IMG/VR virus record: IMGVR_UViG_3300031853_000001
Location: 32,001-96,000 of that record
DNA from: a virus
Lineage: Duplodnaviria; Caudoviricetes
Strand: one strand, 5' to 3'
Length of the DNA stretch: 64,000 nucleotides
Numbering within the stretch: the stretch's first letter is position 1; each line of letters begins with the position of its first letter. This document shows positions 20,780-30,339 of the stretch, piece after piece. The notes below the pieces were generated by a model that saw nothing but the letters and a program-made list of their open reading frames with translations, was not told the origin of the DNA and ran no database searches. The position numbers and the translations under genes are program-made.

Positions 20780-20909
20780 GCATAAGAAAATGGGCGAAAG
20801 CCCATTTTCTTTTAAGCTAATGTAAATTACACTGTCCGGGTTTTGTATTTTACTAACTCTTAACACGCAAAACTCTTGACTTTTTGTGGGAGTTCTGCTA
20901 TAATATATC

Positions 20910-21001
20910 TACAAGGTGAGGGAAACAAGAGCGCGCGGCAGATAGCAGCGTTGTGGTAAGACAAAACCAGTCACAATTGATCGGCCACCCAAATCCTTGT
21001 G
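20910..21001 (+). ncRNA. candidate small RNA
   Basis: promoter ttgact..tgctataat, no ORF, ends complementary (acaagg...ccttgt). Confidence 0.4.
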
Positions 21002-21062
21002 ACAAACTTTTAACTTGACATTATATCAAATCCATGGTATAATAAATACGTTGAAAGGACAT

Positions 21063-21138
21063 GGGAGTGTAGCTCAGTTGGAAGAGCACCAGACTTTTAA
21101 TCTGGGTGTCGCGGGTTCGATCCCCGCCACTCTCACCA
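21063..21138 (+). tRNA. trnK: tRNA-Lys(UUU)
   Basis: acceptor GGGAGUG/CACUCUC, D arm gctc/gagc, anticodon stem ccaga/tctgg with loop CUUUUAA, T loop GUUCGAU, encoded CCA; own promoter. Confidence 0.97.
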
Positions 21139-21189
21139 CTTCACGAAATCTTAACTTGACAAGGTTGGGAAATCGTGATATAATAAGGA

Positions 21190-21331
21190 TGTTGAAGGGC
21201 AGAGAAACAGGGGATAGCCGCTTCAACCACGCAGGCGCCGCGTGAGAACTCCCCGCAACTTACGACCACCTGTTCCCAAGCGCAAACGCAGGTGTTGTTA
21301 AGAGAAACGAAAAGGAATAACTCTTAACAAA
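21190..21331 (+). ncRNA. candidate multi-hairpin small RNA
   Basis: own promoter; stems gttgaag/cttcaac, cacgc/gcgtg, cacctg/caggtg, ttgttaagag/ctcttaacaa; no SD-led ORF. Confidence 0.55.
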
Positions 21332-21420
21332 CTCTTAACTTGACATTATAGCCGATTGGTGCTATAATAAATACATCAAAGGGAAGGAAAACCCAACAAA
21401 CCAGAAAGGAACACAACACT

Positions 21421-21750
21421 ATGAAGAAGAACGTTTTTGAGATGGTTGTCGCTATGGTCAATGGCCGTGAGGTTGCCGATATGGATACTCTGCGCAATGA
21501 AATCAATGCCGAGTATGAGCGCATGAATGCCAAGCGGCAGGCTAATCAGGATGTTTACGCCACCGCGCATGATGTTCTGATGAATGCTCTGACGGATAAG
21601 GAACAGACATCCAAGGAACTGTTTGAGAGGAATGAGTGGCCCGATGGCTTCACGCAGGGCAAGCTCAATTACGCCCTGCGGGCTATGTGGGCGGACGAGG
21701 TTCGCAAGGTTGACAACGGCAAGAGCGCGAACACCTACACGCGTAAGTAA
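21421..21750 (+). CDS. small winged-helix-like protein (family A)
   Basis: paralog of 20441; WPDGFTQGKLNYAL..WADEVRKVDNGK. Confidence 0.7.
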   Translation: MKKNVFEMVVAMVNGREVADMDTLRNEINAEYERMNAKRQANQDVYATAHDVLMNALTDKEQTSKELFERNEWPDGFTQGKLNYALRAMWADEVRKVDNGKSANTYTRK

Positions 21751-21892
21751 GAAAAGCCCTTCGGGGCTTTTCTTTTTTTATTAAGGATAAGTTAATTAAA
21801 ATGCCCGGTCAATTTAATTAATAATCATTTAACTTGACAAATAGTTTTATTAATGATATACTAAATATAACAAAAGAAAGGGGCTTACACTA

Positions 21893-22351
21893 ATGAATAA
21901 TGAAGTTATTAAAGCTATGCGGGGCAAGAGGGGCCACAAGATGCACAAGTGGTGGCGCAAGAATGGTTATAAGATTTGGCGTGTAATATTGTTTCCAATT
22001 TGGGCTTGCGTGAAAATGAAGGAAAAAATCTCCGAGTGGTTGGATAATCGACAGGCATGGGACGAAAAACGCGCGGATGAAATTCTCAATTACTACATTC
22101 CGCGTGTGTCTCACTGGCACGATGAAGAAAAATGTCTCTACTTCTTTGATAATGGTATGGGATGGAATTTGGCACTTGCTAAAAGGTATTTGAAGCGAAA
22201 AGACCGCCGCTTTTGGCAAATTCACACCGGCTTCTTCGGCGGGAAAATTCGGGAATATCTGATCGACAAATTCCAGCTTGAAGGCTTTACCAAAGAAGTC
22301 GGACCCTATGATGACTGGACTGAAATTACTTTTAATCTTAACAGAAATTAA
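21893..22351 (+). CDS. hypothetical Trp-rich protein
   Basis: promoter, SD, terminator. Confidence 0.7.
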   Translation: MNNEVIKAMRGKRGHKMHKWWRKNGYKIWRVILFPIWACVKMKEKISEWLDNRQAWDEKRADEILNYYIPRVSHWHDEEKCLYFFDNGMGWNLALAKRYLKRKDRRFWQIHTGFFGGKIREYLIDKFQLEGFTKEVGPYDDWTEITFNLNRN

Positions 22352-22518
22352 AGTAGTGGTTCGCCGCTACTTTAATTTTATATTAATTTCATTTTCCGGG
22401 CAGTCTAATTTACGCATACTTAACATAAAAACCTATTGACAAAAACCCTAACCCCATGTTATAATATACCCACAAGGTGAAGGGAAACACCAGACAAACC
22501 AGAAAGGAACTTTGAACT

Positions 22519-23511
22519 ATGGCGAATAAAAAGATGTATTGCGTTGTTGACACCGAAACCGCAACCTTGCCTTATGCTGATGAAATTGCGCAGGGTGACC
22601 CCGAGCGCAAAAAGAAGATTGCGATTGCAAAGCCTCTTGTATATGACATTGGTTGGACTATCTGTGACCGTGCCGGAGTTATCCACGACCGCAAGCAGTT
22701 TTTGATTGCCGAAACTTTTTCAGTTCCTGCTGTGTTTAATACCGCCTATTATGCAGAAAAGCGCCCTATTTATCTTGAGATGTTGAAAAAGGGCGAAACC
22801 ACTATTAAACCTTGGAATGAAGTCATGGAAATTTTTATGGCTGACCTTGAAAAAGTTGATTCTGTCGGGGCTTTTAATGCTATGTTTGATTTTAAGAAAG
22901 CAATTCCCTTTACTGAATTGTATGTTAATATGCTCTATTCCCCCGATTATTTCAAGTGGGAAGAAATCCAGCGTAACTCTTGCCGTCGAATTGCTTTTGA
23001 AAAGCCTTCTAACGATAAGAATCCCGATTTTGATGCCGAACATTTTTTGTTCCGTGGTCGTCTGTATGACCTCTTTGATTTGTGGGGACTTGCAACCACT
23101 TATCTTTTGAATAATGTTACTTATAAGAATAACTGTTTAAAATATGGAATGCTGACTAATAGTGGCGTTTATTTTAAAACCAGTGCTGAAACCAGTTACC
23201 GCTATTTGTGCGATAAGTACGATTTTATGGAAAGTCATACCGCATTGGATGATGCAGAAATTGAATCCTATATTCTGCACAAGATTGCGCAAAAACATGC
23301 CGTGTCTAATGGAATTAAATATTTTCCTTTCCGTGAACTTGGTTATACTTATGACCATTGTATGCGGCGCAAAGTCCCTAACATTGAGGAATGCGAAACG
23401 GTTTTTAACGCTATGAAAACTTACGTTGATTCTAAAGATGAAGAATCCCGATATATTAAGGGATTGTTAAAGAAAATGGAAATGCTTTTGGAGTATATGG
23501 AAGGGCGCTAA
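22519..23511 (+). CDS. DEDDh 3'-5' exonuclease (DnaQ-like)
   Basis: ExoI VVDTETA, ExoII AFNAMFD, ExoIII HTALDDAEIE. Confidence 0.85.
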   Translation: MANKKMYCVVDTETATLPYADEIAQGDPERKKKIAIAKPLVYDIGWTICDRAGVIHDRKQFLIAETFSVPAVFNTAYYAEKRPIYLEMLKKGETTIKPWNEVMEIFMADLEKVDSVGAFNAMFDFKKAIPFTELYVNMLYSPDYFKWEEIQRNSCRRIAFEKPSNDKNPDFDAEHFLFRGRLYDLFDLWGLATTYLLNNVTYKNNCLKYGMLTNSGVYFKTSAETSYRYLCDKYDFMESHTALDDAEIESYILHKIAQKHAVSNGIKYFPFRELGYTYDHCMRRKVPNIEECETVFNAMKTYVDSKDEESRYIKGLLKKMEMLLEYMEGR

Positions 23512-23783
23512 GCCCTTTCTTTTTATTAAACCAACGTTAATTAAAAATCCCGGACAGTGTATTTTACTTACGTTTAACACAAAAAAGTATTGACAAAATA
23601 CGGAAATTCTGATATACTATTCTTGTCGAAAGGGGAAAGGGAAACCGCGTCGTGCGCGTCCCGTGGCGGCGGAATCCCTCCCAATCGCAACAAAATCTTA
23701 ACTTGACATTACATCACAAACGTGATATAATGAATACACAACAGAGGAAGGAAAACCTCAACAAAACCAGAAAGGGAAATACT

Positions 23784-24185
23784 ATGAAGAACACTCTGAC
23801 TCGCGTTGACGCTCTGAACTACGCTATTGCCGCCGTGACCAACTCCACCGAAGTGCTGACTAATCCCGATGAAATCGTGGACGTGCTGACCAAGATTCGC
23901 GACCAGATTGCGAAGCCCCGCAAGACCAGCGACGAAGCCAAGGCGAAGGCCAAGGACAAGCGTGCCAAGGCTCGCACCGCTCTGATGGAGCAGGTTCTGC
24001 CCATCATCCGCGAAGCCGTTGCTGATGGCGGTACCGCCAAGGAAATTTACGAGCGCTGTGCTAACGCTCTGCCCGAGGACTTCACCGTCGCCAAGGTACA
24101 GTATATTCTGCTCCATGAGATGGCGGGCGAGGTTGTAAAGACCGAAGCCAAGGGCAAGCCCAACGTCTACACGATGAAGGGTTAA
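23784..24185 (+). CDS. small winged-helix-like protein (family A)
   Basis: TAKEIYE..LPEDFTVAKVQYILLH..EVVK..KGKPNVY. Confidence 0.7.
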   Translation: MKNTLTRVDALNYAIAAVTNSTEVLTNPDEIVDVLTKIRDQIAKPRKTSDEAKAKAKDKRAKARTALMEQVLPIIREAVADGGTAKEIYERCANALPEDFTVAKVQYILLHEMAGEVVKTEAKGKPNVYTMKG

Positions 24186-24325
24186 TAAAGAGGGCGAAAG
24201 CCCTCTTTTAATTTAATTAAATGTTAATTACAGTACCCGGCATTTTTAATTAACCAAATATTTACTTGACTTTATTCAATTTCTATGTTATAATATATAT
24301 AGAAAAAAGAAAGGGGATACCGATT

Positions 24326-24538
24326 ATGGCTATCAACATTCGTCACACCTACGCCACCCATGTCACTGTTGTTTTCTACGATGACGATGCAGGAATTTCT
24401 CTACGCTATGATGATTGTGGCTCTATGGACGACATTGCCGAGCAGGTATGTGAAGTTCTGGTTAAGCATAATTTTTCTTACGCGGATGTGTGCTCCGCTG
24501 AAACTGGTGAAGTCCTAATGACGATTGAACGAACTTAA
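24326..24538 (+). CDS. acidic hypothetical protein
   Basis: promoter, SD; ETGEVL motif. Confidence 0.7.
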   Translation: MAINIRHTYATHVTVVFYDDDAGISLRYDDCGSMDDIAEQVCEVLVKHNFSYADVCSAETGEVLMTIERT

Positions 24539-24687
24539 CGAGGTTAATACCTCGTTAACTATAGCATCCGGTCATTTTAATTTACTCACAATTAACAGAA
24601 AAAAGTATTGACAAAATCCCAAATTTCTGCTATACTATATACATCAAGTGAAGGAAAACACTTACAAACCAGAAAGGGAAAAACACT

Positions 24688-25023
24688 ATGAAGATTTCCA
24701 AGGCTATCGTCGATTCCAACATCCGCACCGCTATCTTTTCCGCTCTGAACGTCGCTAACATCGAAGGCTTCCACAAGATTAACGACCGTCAGTATGGTTG
24801 CATCGTCGAGGATGTAAACGGCGAACGCCGTTACGCTCGCGTCGGTGTTATCGTCGCAGAGCAGCGGGAGGATGTTACCGCGGACGAACTGATGGCGTCC
24901 GAAATCGCGGACTATGAGGACAAGCAGGCAAAGAAGGCCGAGCGTGCCGCCGCTCGTGCGGAAAAGGCCGCCAAGGATAGGGCGAAGCGTGAAGCCGCCA
25001 AGAAAGAAAAGGAAGGGGATTAA
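24688..25023 (+). CDS. hypothetical protein with K/A/E-rich tail (family B)
   Basis: IVEDVNGERRYA vs IVDSEGNEKFA in 18675; conserved leader. Confidence 0.7.
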   Translation: MKISKAIVDSNIRTAIFSALNVANIEGFHKINDRQYGCIVEDVNGERRYARVGVIVAEQREDVTADELMASEIADYEDKQAKKAERAAARAEKAAKDRAKREAAKKEKEGD

Positions 25024-25166
25024 CCCTTCCTTTTTAATTATATGTTAATTATATCGCCCGGCTATTTTTATTTACACTCTTTTAACTTGACAAATTTGCC
25101 TATATAGTATATACTATATACATGAAGTGAAGGAAAACACTTACAAACCAGAAAGGAAAAAGAAGA

Positions 25167-25844
25167 ATGTTTAAGTATGAGCAGGAGATTCAGCAGGCTA
25201 ACAAGATTTATCAGGAGCAGTATCAGATTTGCAAGGATGCTTGCAAAGACATGCTTGGAGAGGAAGATTTTATTTATTCCGAAGATGAAGCAATGTGTCG
25301 TTTTATCGCATTTGGTGATGGAGAGTGCATTATTGAAGGATATGAAAACGAAAAGGGAAGTCTTTCGTCTAACGCACGTATAGCCATTAAAAAGTATTAT
25401 GACTTTGTTGAAGGCGAAGGTTATGTTCGTGTAAAAGAGTCCAATCTCTTTTCTATTGAAAGTCTTTTCCCTGCCGCGTCGCTTCCTGTTAAGGAATTTG
25501 ATTTTGCTAATGGCGAAGCCGATTGTCCCGGCCTTTATTTCCTTGGCATGATTGGCCGCAATCCTAATGGTGAAGATTTTTATCTTGTGAAAATCGGTTG
25601 CGCTAAAAACATTAAAGAACGTGTAAATCAATATAGATCTTACAACCCTATGATTTATCATAATAATATTATTTATTGCCCTAATATTGATTTGAGAGAA
25701 GCAGAAAAACAGGCACACCGTGCGCTTGCCGACCTTGCGATTGCTCGCGCTGCTCATGCCATGGAATGGTTTTATGTTGATAAAGAAACTTATTTTGCTC
25801 TGTGTGAAAATCCTTGGCAATATATTTTTGAGGAAGAGGCGTAA
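25167..25844 (+). CDS. T5orf172/GIY-YIG-like domain protein
   Basis: GLYF...VKIG..NIKERVNQY..EKQAH..EWF. Confidence 0.7.
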   Translation: MFKYEQEIQQANKIYQEQYQICKDACKDMLGEEDFIYSEDEAMCRFIAFGDGECIIEGYENEKGSLSSNARIAIKKYYDFVEGEGYVRVKESNLFSIESLFPAASLPVKEFDFANGEADCPGLYFLGMIGRNPNGEDFYLVKIGCAKNIKERVNQYRSYNPMIYHNNIIYCPNIDLREAEKQAHRALADLAIARAAHAMEWFYVDKETYFALCENPWQYIFEEEA

Positions 25845-25963
25845 GCCTTTTCTTTTTAAAAGAAAAGTTAATTAAAATAACCGGACAATTTAAATAACAC
25901 GCTTTTAACTTGACATTTTTCTATATTTCTGTTATACTATATCTAAAGAAAGGGGAATTGTCA

Positions 25964-26161
25964 ATGAAAGTAAAAGATATTGTCGCTCGCGCGCAACAGC
26001 ATATTTCCATTAAAAACGTATTGATTAGAAATGCAAATATGAAAACTTTGCTTTACTTCGGGCCTATCAATACTATTCCCGCTCAATTTCTTAACAAAGA
26101 AGTTACTTGTTATCTTTACAATTCTTCGCGCAAACTTTTCATTTTGAAAATCACCACTTAA
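25964..26161 (+). CDS. basic hypothetical protein
   Basis: promoter, SD, terminator. Confidence 0.6.
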   Translation: MKVKDIVARAQQHISIKNVLIRNANMKTLLYFGPINTIPAQFLNKEVTCYLYNSSRKLFILKITT

Positions 26162-26294
26162 AAGAACGATTATTCGTTCTTTTAAATTTCTGTAAACTAT
26201 ATCGCCCGGTAATTTTAGTTAATTAAATCTTAACTTGACTTCTATTATTTTACATGATATAATAATACCATCAAGTGAAGGGAGACTAAATAAT

Positions 26295-26504
26295 ATGAGA
26301 ATTACTTGGACTGAAACACACACCATTGAAATTGATGACACTTGGATTAAGGAAATTTTTTCTGAAAATACTTCTGAAGATGCAAGAAACATTATTGAAA
26401 ATAATATGTATGAGATTATATATGAGGTTGAGCGCGCGAACATTTTCCAATACATAAATAATTGGAATGAAATTATTGATTCCATTTGCCAGAAGAATAA
26501 TTAA
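26295..26504 (+). CDS. acidic hypothetical protein
   Basis: GGGAG SD before ATG 26295. Confidence 0.65.
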   Translation: MRITWTETHTIEIDDTWIKEIFSENTSEDARNIIENNMYEIIYEVERANIFQYINNWNEIIDSICQKNN

Positions 26505-26579
26505 CCGAATCTTAACTTGACTTTTCCAGCGAACAGGATTATAATATATACAGAAAGAAACGAAAGGGGATTTCACAGT

Positions 26580-26825
26580 ATGGCAATTTACGTTGTCTTT
26601 TCCAACTACTTTAACAGCGGTGTTTTCGGCACCTATTCCAGCGTCAAGCGTGCCCGCATTGCGTTTGAGCACTTCCTCGCGGAAGATGAGGACATTGTGG
26701 CTTTTGAGGATCTCGGCGGCTATTCCTACCAGTTCACTACCAAGATCGGTGAAACCTTCGGTGCGGAAATTGACTTTGATGTTCTTGATGCCGAATTTGT
26801 TGAGGGAGTTTGTAAGGAGGGTTAA
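26580..26825 (+). CDS. hypothetical protein
   Basis: promoter, SD. Confidence 0.7.
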   Translation: MAIYVVFSNYFNSGVFGTYSSVKRARIAFEHFLAEDEDIVAFEDLGGYSYQFTTKIGETFGAEIDFDVLDAEFVEGVCKEG

Positions 26826-26831
26826 TAATTT

Positions 26832-27017
26832 ATGAATTGTCTTAAATGTGGTCATACCTTTGCCGGTCCTGATTGTTATAGCACTGAACAGGATGGCGAT
26901 TCTTATACCAACTACATAAGTGCCTATTGCCCTTGGTGCCGCAAGTGGTTTGAATGGATGGAGATTTTCACACTTTCGGAAATCACCCCACCAGAAGAAA
27001 TGGAAGGAGAAGAATAA
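26832..27017 (+). CDS. small zinc-ribbon protein
   Basis: CLKC...CPWC; paralog of next ORF. Confidence 0.7.
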   Translation: MNCLKCGHTFAGPDCYSTEQDGDSYTNYISAYCPWCRKWFEWMEIFTLSEITPPEEMEGEE

Positions 27018-27020
27018 ATT

Positions 27021-27221
27021 ATGAAGTGTCCGAATTGCGGAAATGACGTTTTCTTTGATGAAGTAGTAGACACCGAATATTATACTGGTACACACATTGA
27101 TATTGGTTATGGCACGTGTTCAAAGTGTCATAAAGATTGGGGATGGAGTGAGGTTTTCACTTATTCTAAAGATATTGACATCGAAGAGATGCCGCCCTTG
27201 CCTAATAACGACCATCTTTGA
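27021..27221 (+). CDS. small zinc-ribbon protein
   Basis: CPNC...CSKC; W.E.FT motif shared with 26832. Confidence 0.7.
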   Translation: MKCPNCGNDVFFDEVVDTEYYTGTHIDIGYGTCSKCHKDWGWSEVFTYSKDIDIEEMPPLPNNDHL

Positions 27222-27303
27222 TGGTCGTTAATTTTATATTAACTACAATTCCCGGACAATTTAATTTACACAACTATAAAAAAATAAGCGCCTAAGCGCT
27301 TAT

Positions 27304-27831
27304 TCACCATCTTTCCGTAACTTCCTCAGACATAGCATAATCAATCAAGCAAGCCTTTCCGTCACGGATTCCCCAATTATAAGAATGAATATCTTTATTA
27401 AATTCTGTCACCCAATTAAATTCATCTTCGGTCAGATAATAATCAATATAATGCCCCTTATGCAACCTACCACCTACATGCTTAATTCGCGGCATAATCA
27501 TAAAATAATAACCCTGATATTCAATAAGCGTAGGTTCAGCCAATAAGTAATCATAGCCCGCTTCTTTGGCTTTCATAAAAGCCTTGTGTTCATCTGCGCA
27601 ACCACCACATTCATAAGCGCATTCTTTATCATAATCCCACTTAATAACATAATCAGAGGTAATCAACGCGATTCACGCAACACCATAATTAAAAAGAACT
27701 TTCCTATGCTTATAAGCATTATAACGCCAAACCGCCTCTTGCGCATCGTATTTATCAGTCAAACAATTACAAATATAAGGGAAAATGTCCTTCAAAAACT
27801 TTGCGGCGCGAATACGATAATCAGACTTCAT
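27304..27831 (-). pseudogene. protein-kinase-like (APH/RIO fold) gene with in-frame TGA at 27673-27675
   Basis: SD and ATG at 27831 read in frame to YGVA*IALITSDYVIK; DIHSYN and IDYA motifs downstream; paralog has GATR at this position. Confidence 0.7.
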
Positions 27832-27958
27832 ATTGATTAACCCCTTTCGTTTTTCTAATATAATTATACAGATAATCCGCTATTTTGTCAAGTTAAAATT
27901 ATGTAAACTACATAATACGTGTACTTTAATTTACACAACTTTAAAATAAAATCCTAAC

Positions 27959-28192
27959 TCAAAGAGTTAGGAAATAAATATTCATTACTATTAAAGCCAA
28001 CCGCATAACCACATTATTAATATGCGGCTTTGTGTGCAAATCCCATATCAAGCCCACCACATTAACAGGCAAGCCAACCCACGCGCCACGATTCCATGCG
28101 ATTATTGCGATTGTGTTAAGTATGGCAAAAATTGCCACTAAATCCATTCGCTCAAACTGATAAGGCGTGGTGATACTGAAAAACTTTTTCAT
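27959..28192 (-). CDS. small membrane protein
   Basis: hydrophobic 77 aa, coupled to upstream ORF. Confidence 0.65.
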   Translation of the reverse strand: MKKFFSITTPYQFERMDLVAIFAILNTIAIIAWNRGAWVGLPVNVVGLIWDLHTKPHINNVVMRLALIVMNIYFLTL

Positions 28193-28413
28193 TCTTCATA
28201 CCTCGTTAAATCATTTTGTGAACGTTGAAAATCAGCATATCCATTCATATAAAAACTTTTATATACTCTAACTGTATAGAATACATAATTAGTTTTTTCA
28301 AACCTAACATCAACTTCTTCAAGTGGGTCAATCTCAATTTTGACGATATAACCATAAATCGGTTTTCCATCTACATTACTAATAAAAGATACCTTATCGC
28401 CAATATTAAACAT
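28189..28413 (-). CDS. hypothetical SH3/KOW-like small protein
   Basis: FNIGDKV start motif; minus-strand promoter and SD. Confidence 0.6.
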   Translation of the reverse strand: MFNIGDKVSFISNVDGKPIYGYIVKIEIDPLEEVDVRFEKTNYVFYTVRVYKSFYMNGYADFQRSQNDLTRYEE

Positions 28414-28538
28414 ATTTTATTTACTCCCTTCATTTGATACTCTAATTATATACTATCCGCGCGCGATTGTCAAGTTAAATAATAATAAATTAAATTACCC
28501 GGGCATTTTAATTAACATACAATTAAAAAAAAGAAGGC

Positions 28539-28862
28539 TTACGCCTTCTTCTCCTTGGCCTTGGCTACCTTAGCAGCCTTCTCAGCTTCCTTGGCCGCCT
28601 TGTTATCAGCCTTGACCCTCTTCTCGGCTTCCCACTCCTGCGCGGCCTCAAAGGGGTCAAACGCCTTGGATACCTTGGTGTCCTTGTAAGCCTTGGACTT
28701 AACAGAAACTTCCGTCCAAACTTCCTGACCGTCAACGACTTGTAGGATAGCAAAGGAACCGTCCGCGAACTTCACGGCCTCATTCTCCATCAGAGAAGGC
28801 ATGATCGCGGCAATAGTCATCTGGCGAGCGGTGGACTTGATTTCGTTAGCATTCATAGACAT
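28539..28862 (-). CDS. hypothetical protein with K/A-rich tail (family B)
   Basis: AFDPFEAAQEW vs PFDGYAAAEDW in 18675; variant of conserved leader. Confidence 0.7.
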   Translation of the reverse strand: MSMNANEIKSTARQMTIAAIMPSLMENEAVKFADGSFAILQVVDGQEVWTEVSVKSKAYKDTKVSKAFDPFEAAQEWEAEKRVKADNKAAKEAEKAAKVAKAKEKKA

Positions 28863-29093
28863 AGTGTAAACCCTTTCTCGTTTTTAGGAGTTTCGTTCTC
28901 CTCTTGATGTATCCATTATAGCAGAGTTTCAGCGGAATGTCAAGTTAAAACTTTGTTAAGTCTTGCTTATCCGTCCTTGCCACTCTTGCCCCTTGGATTG
29001 ATTTAATTATACATCCAAATCCAAGAAAAGTCAAGTTAAACATATGTGAATTAGAAAGACCGGGTAGTTTAAATAACATAAAATTAAAGTGGG

Positions 29094-29447
29094 CTATTCG
29101 CCCACTTTAACCCATTCCATTTCTTTCCAATCATATTCATACAAGCCCACTTCATCCCACGGCAATTCATAGCCAAAATAAGAATAAATCAGTTTTCTAA
29201 CTTCGTGAGAAACAATTTTCTTTACACGAATCTTTTCGCATCTCTCGAAAGCATATTTAATAGCGTATAGACCCTGTTCTACTTCATTCAAGAAAATCCA
29301 AATATACGCACCATTTTTCCCAAAAAAATCATAAGCATTAAAAAATTCGTTCAACAAATCAAAGGCTTTGCTCTCATATTCTTCACATTCTTCCAAATTA
29401 TCAAACTCGGTATCATCATAAGCAACATAAGTAATAATTTCACGCAT
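29094..29447 (-). CDS. hypothetical protein
   Basis: YVAYDDTEFD..EC..YE motif common in phage proteins; own promoter. Confidence 0.7.
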   Translation of the reverse strand: MREIITYVAYDDTEFDNLEECEEYESKAFDLLNEFFNAYDFFGKNGAYIWIFLNEVEQGLYAIKYAFERCEKIRVKKIVSHEVRKLIYSYFGYELPWDEVGLYEYDWKEMEWVKVGE

Positions 29448-29622
29448 AACTCATATCTCCCTTGCTTTTCTACATATATAATATCATAAACCCAACCCAA
29501 AGTCAAGTTAAATAATTATAAATTAAAATATCCGGGCACCCTAATTAACACACAATTAACTTGCTTTTTCTTTATTGATATGCTATACTATATACATCAA
29601 ATGAAAGAGAGGTAACACTTCT

Positions 29623-30339
29623 ATGATTGACAAACGCAAGCATTATTATTTGGTTCTTGACACCGAAACCGCGAACGGTTTAGACGATGCTCTTGTATAT
29701 GATTTGGGCGGTTGTGTCGTTGATAAGTCCGGCATAATCTATGCACAATTTTCTTTCACTATTCGCGACATTTTTGTCTATGAGCGCGAAATGATGCGTA
29801 CCGCCTACTATGCGGATAAAATTCCTTCTTATGTGAAGGAACACCATGAGGGCACGCGCAAGATGGTAAGTTTTTACGATGCCCGGCAATATGTTCTCGC
29901 GTTGATGCACGAATACAACATTACAGATGTTTGCGCATATAATGTCAACTTTGACAGGAACGCGCTAAACACAACTCAAAGATGGCTCACCAAGTCCAAG
30001 TATAGGTATTTCTTCCCGCGCAATACTAACTTTATCTGTATTTGGAATATGGCTTGCCAAACCCTTTGCCAGCGCAAAACTTATAAAGAGTTTTGTGAAG
30101 CTAACAACTTTACAAGCAATCGCAAAGGCGCGCCCGATGCCCGCAATTATAGCACAAGTGCGGAAACGGTTTATAGGTATTTGATACTCAATGCCGAATA
30201 TGAAGAGGAACACAAAGGCATTGATGATGTAAAAATTGAAACTTACATTTTTGCCCGTTGTATCGCCGCGCATAAGGCTTTCCCGTATGGCAAAGGAATA
30301 AGACGGAATTGTTGGATGGACGTTAAGAGAACGGTTTAA
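29623..30339 (+). CDS. DEDDh 3'-5' exonuclease (paralog of 22519)
   Basis: VLDTETA, AYNVNFD, HKGIDDVKIE; shared TSAET.YRYL. Confidence 0.85.
   Translation: MIDKRKHYYLVLDTETANGLDDALVYDLGGCVVDKSGIIYAQFSFTIRDIFVYEREMMRTAYYADKIPSYVKEHHEGTRKMVSFYDARQYVLALMHEYNITDVCAYNVNFDRNALNTTQRWLTKSKYRYFFPRNTNFICIWNMACQTLCQRKTYKEFCEANNFTSNRKGAPDARNYSTSAETVYRYLILNAEYEEEHKGIDDVKIETYIFARCIAAHKAFPYGKGIRRNCWMDVKRTV

Noticed and set aside
21015-21245. 76-aa ORF
   Set aside because: Spans the tRNA-Lys and two promoters; not coding.
20366-27095. Minus-strand ORFs 20366-20866, 23709-24116, 25068-25820, 26286-27095 (also 47000-47677)
   Set aside because: Antisense to well-supported genes and cross promoters or terminators.
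27673-27675. Genome-wide stop-codon reassignment
   Set aside because: Only one in-frame TGA was noticed; TGA, TAG and TAA all end genes normally elsewhere in the window.
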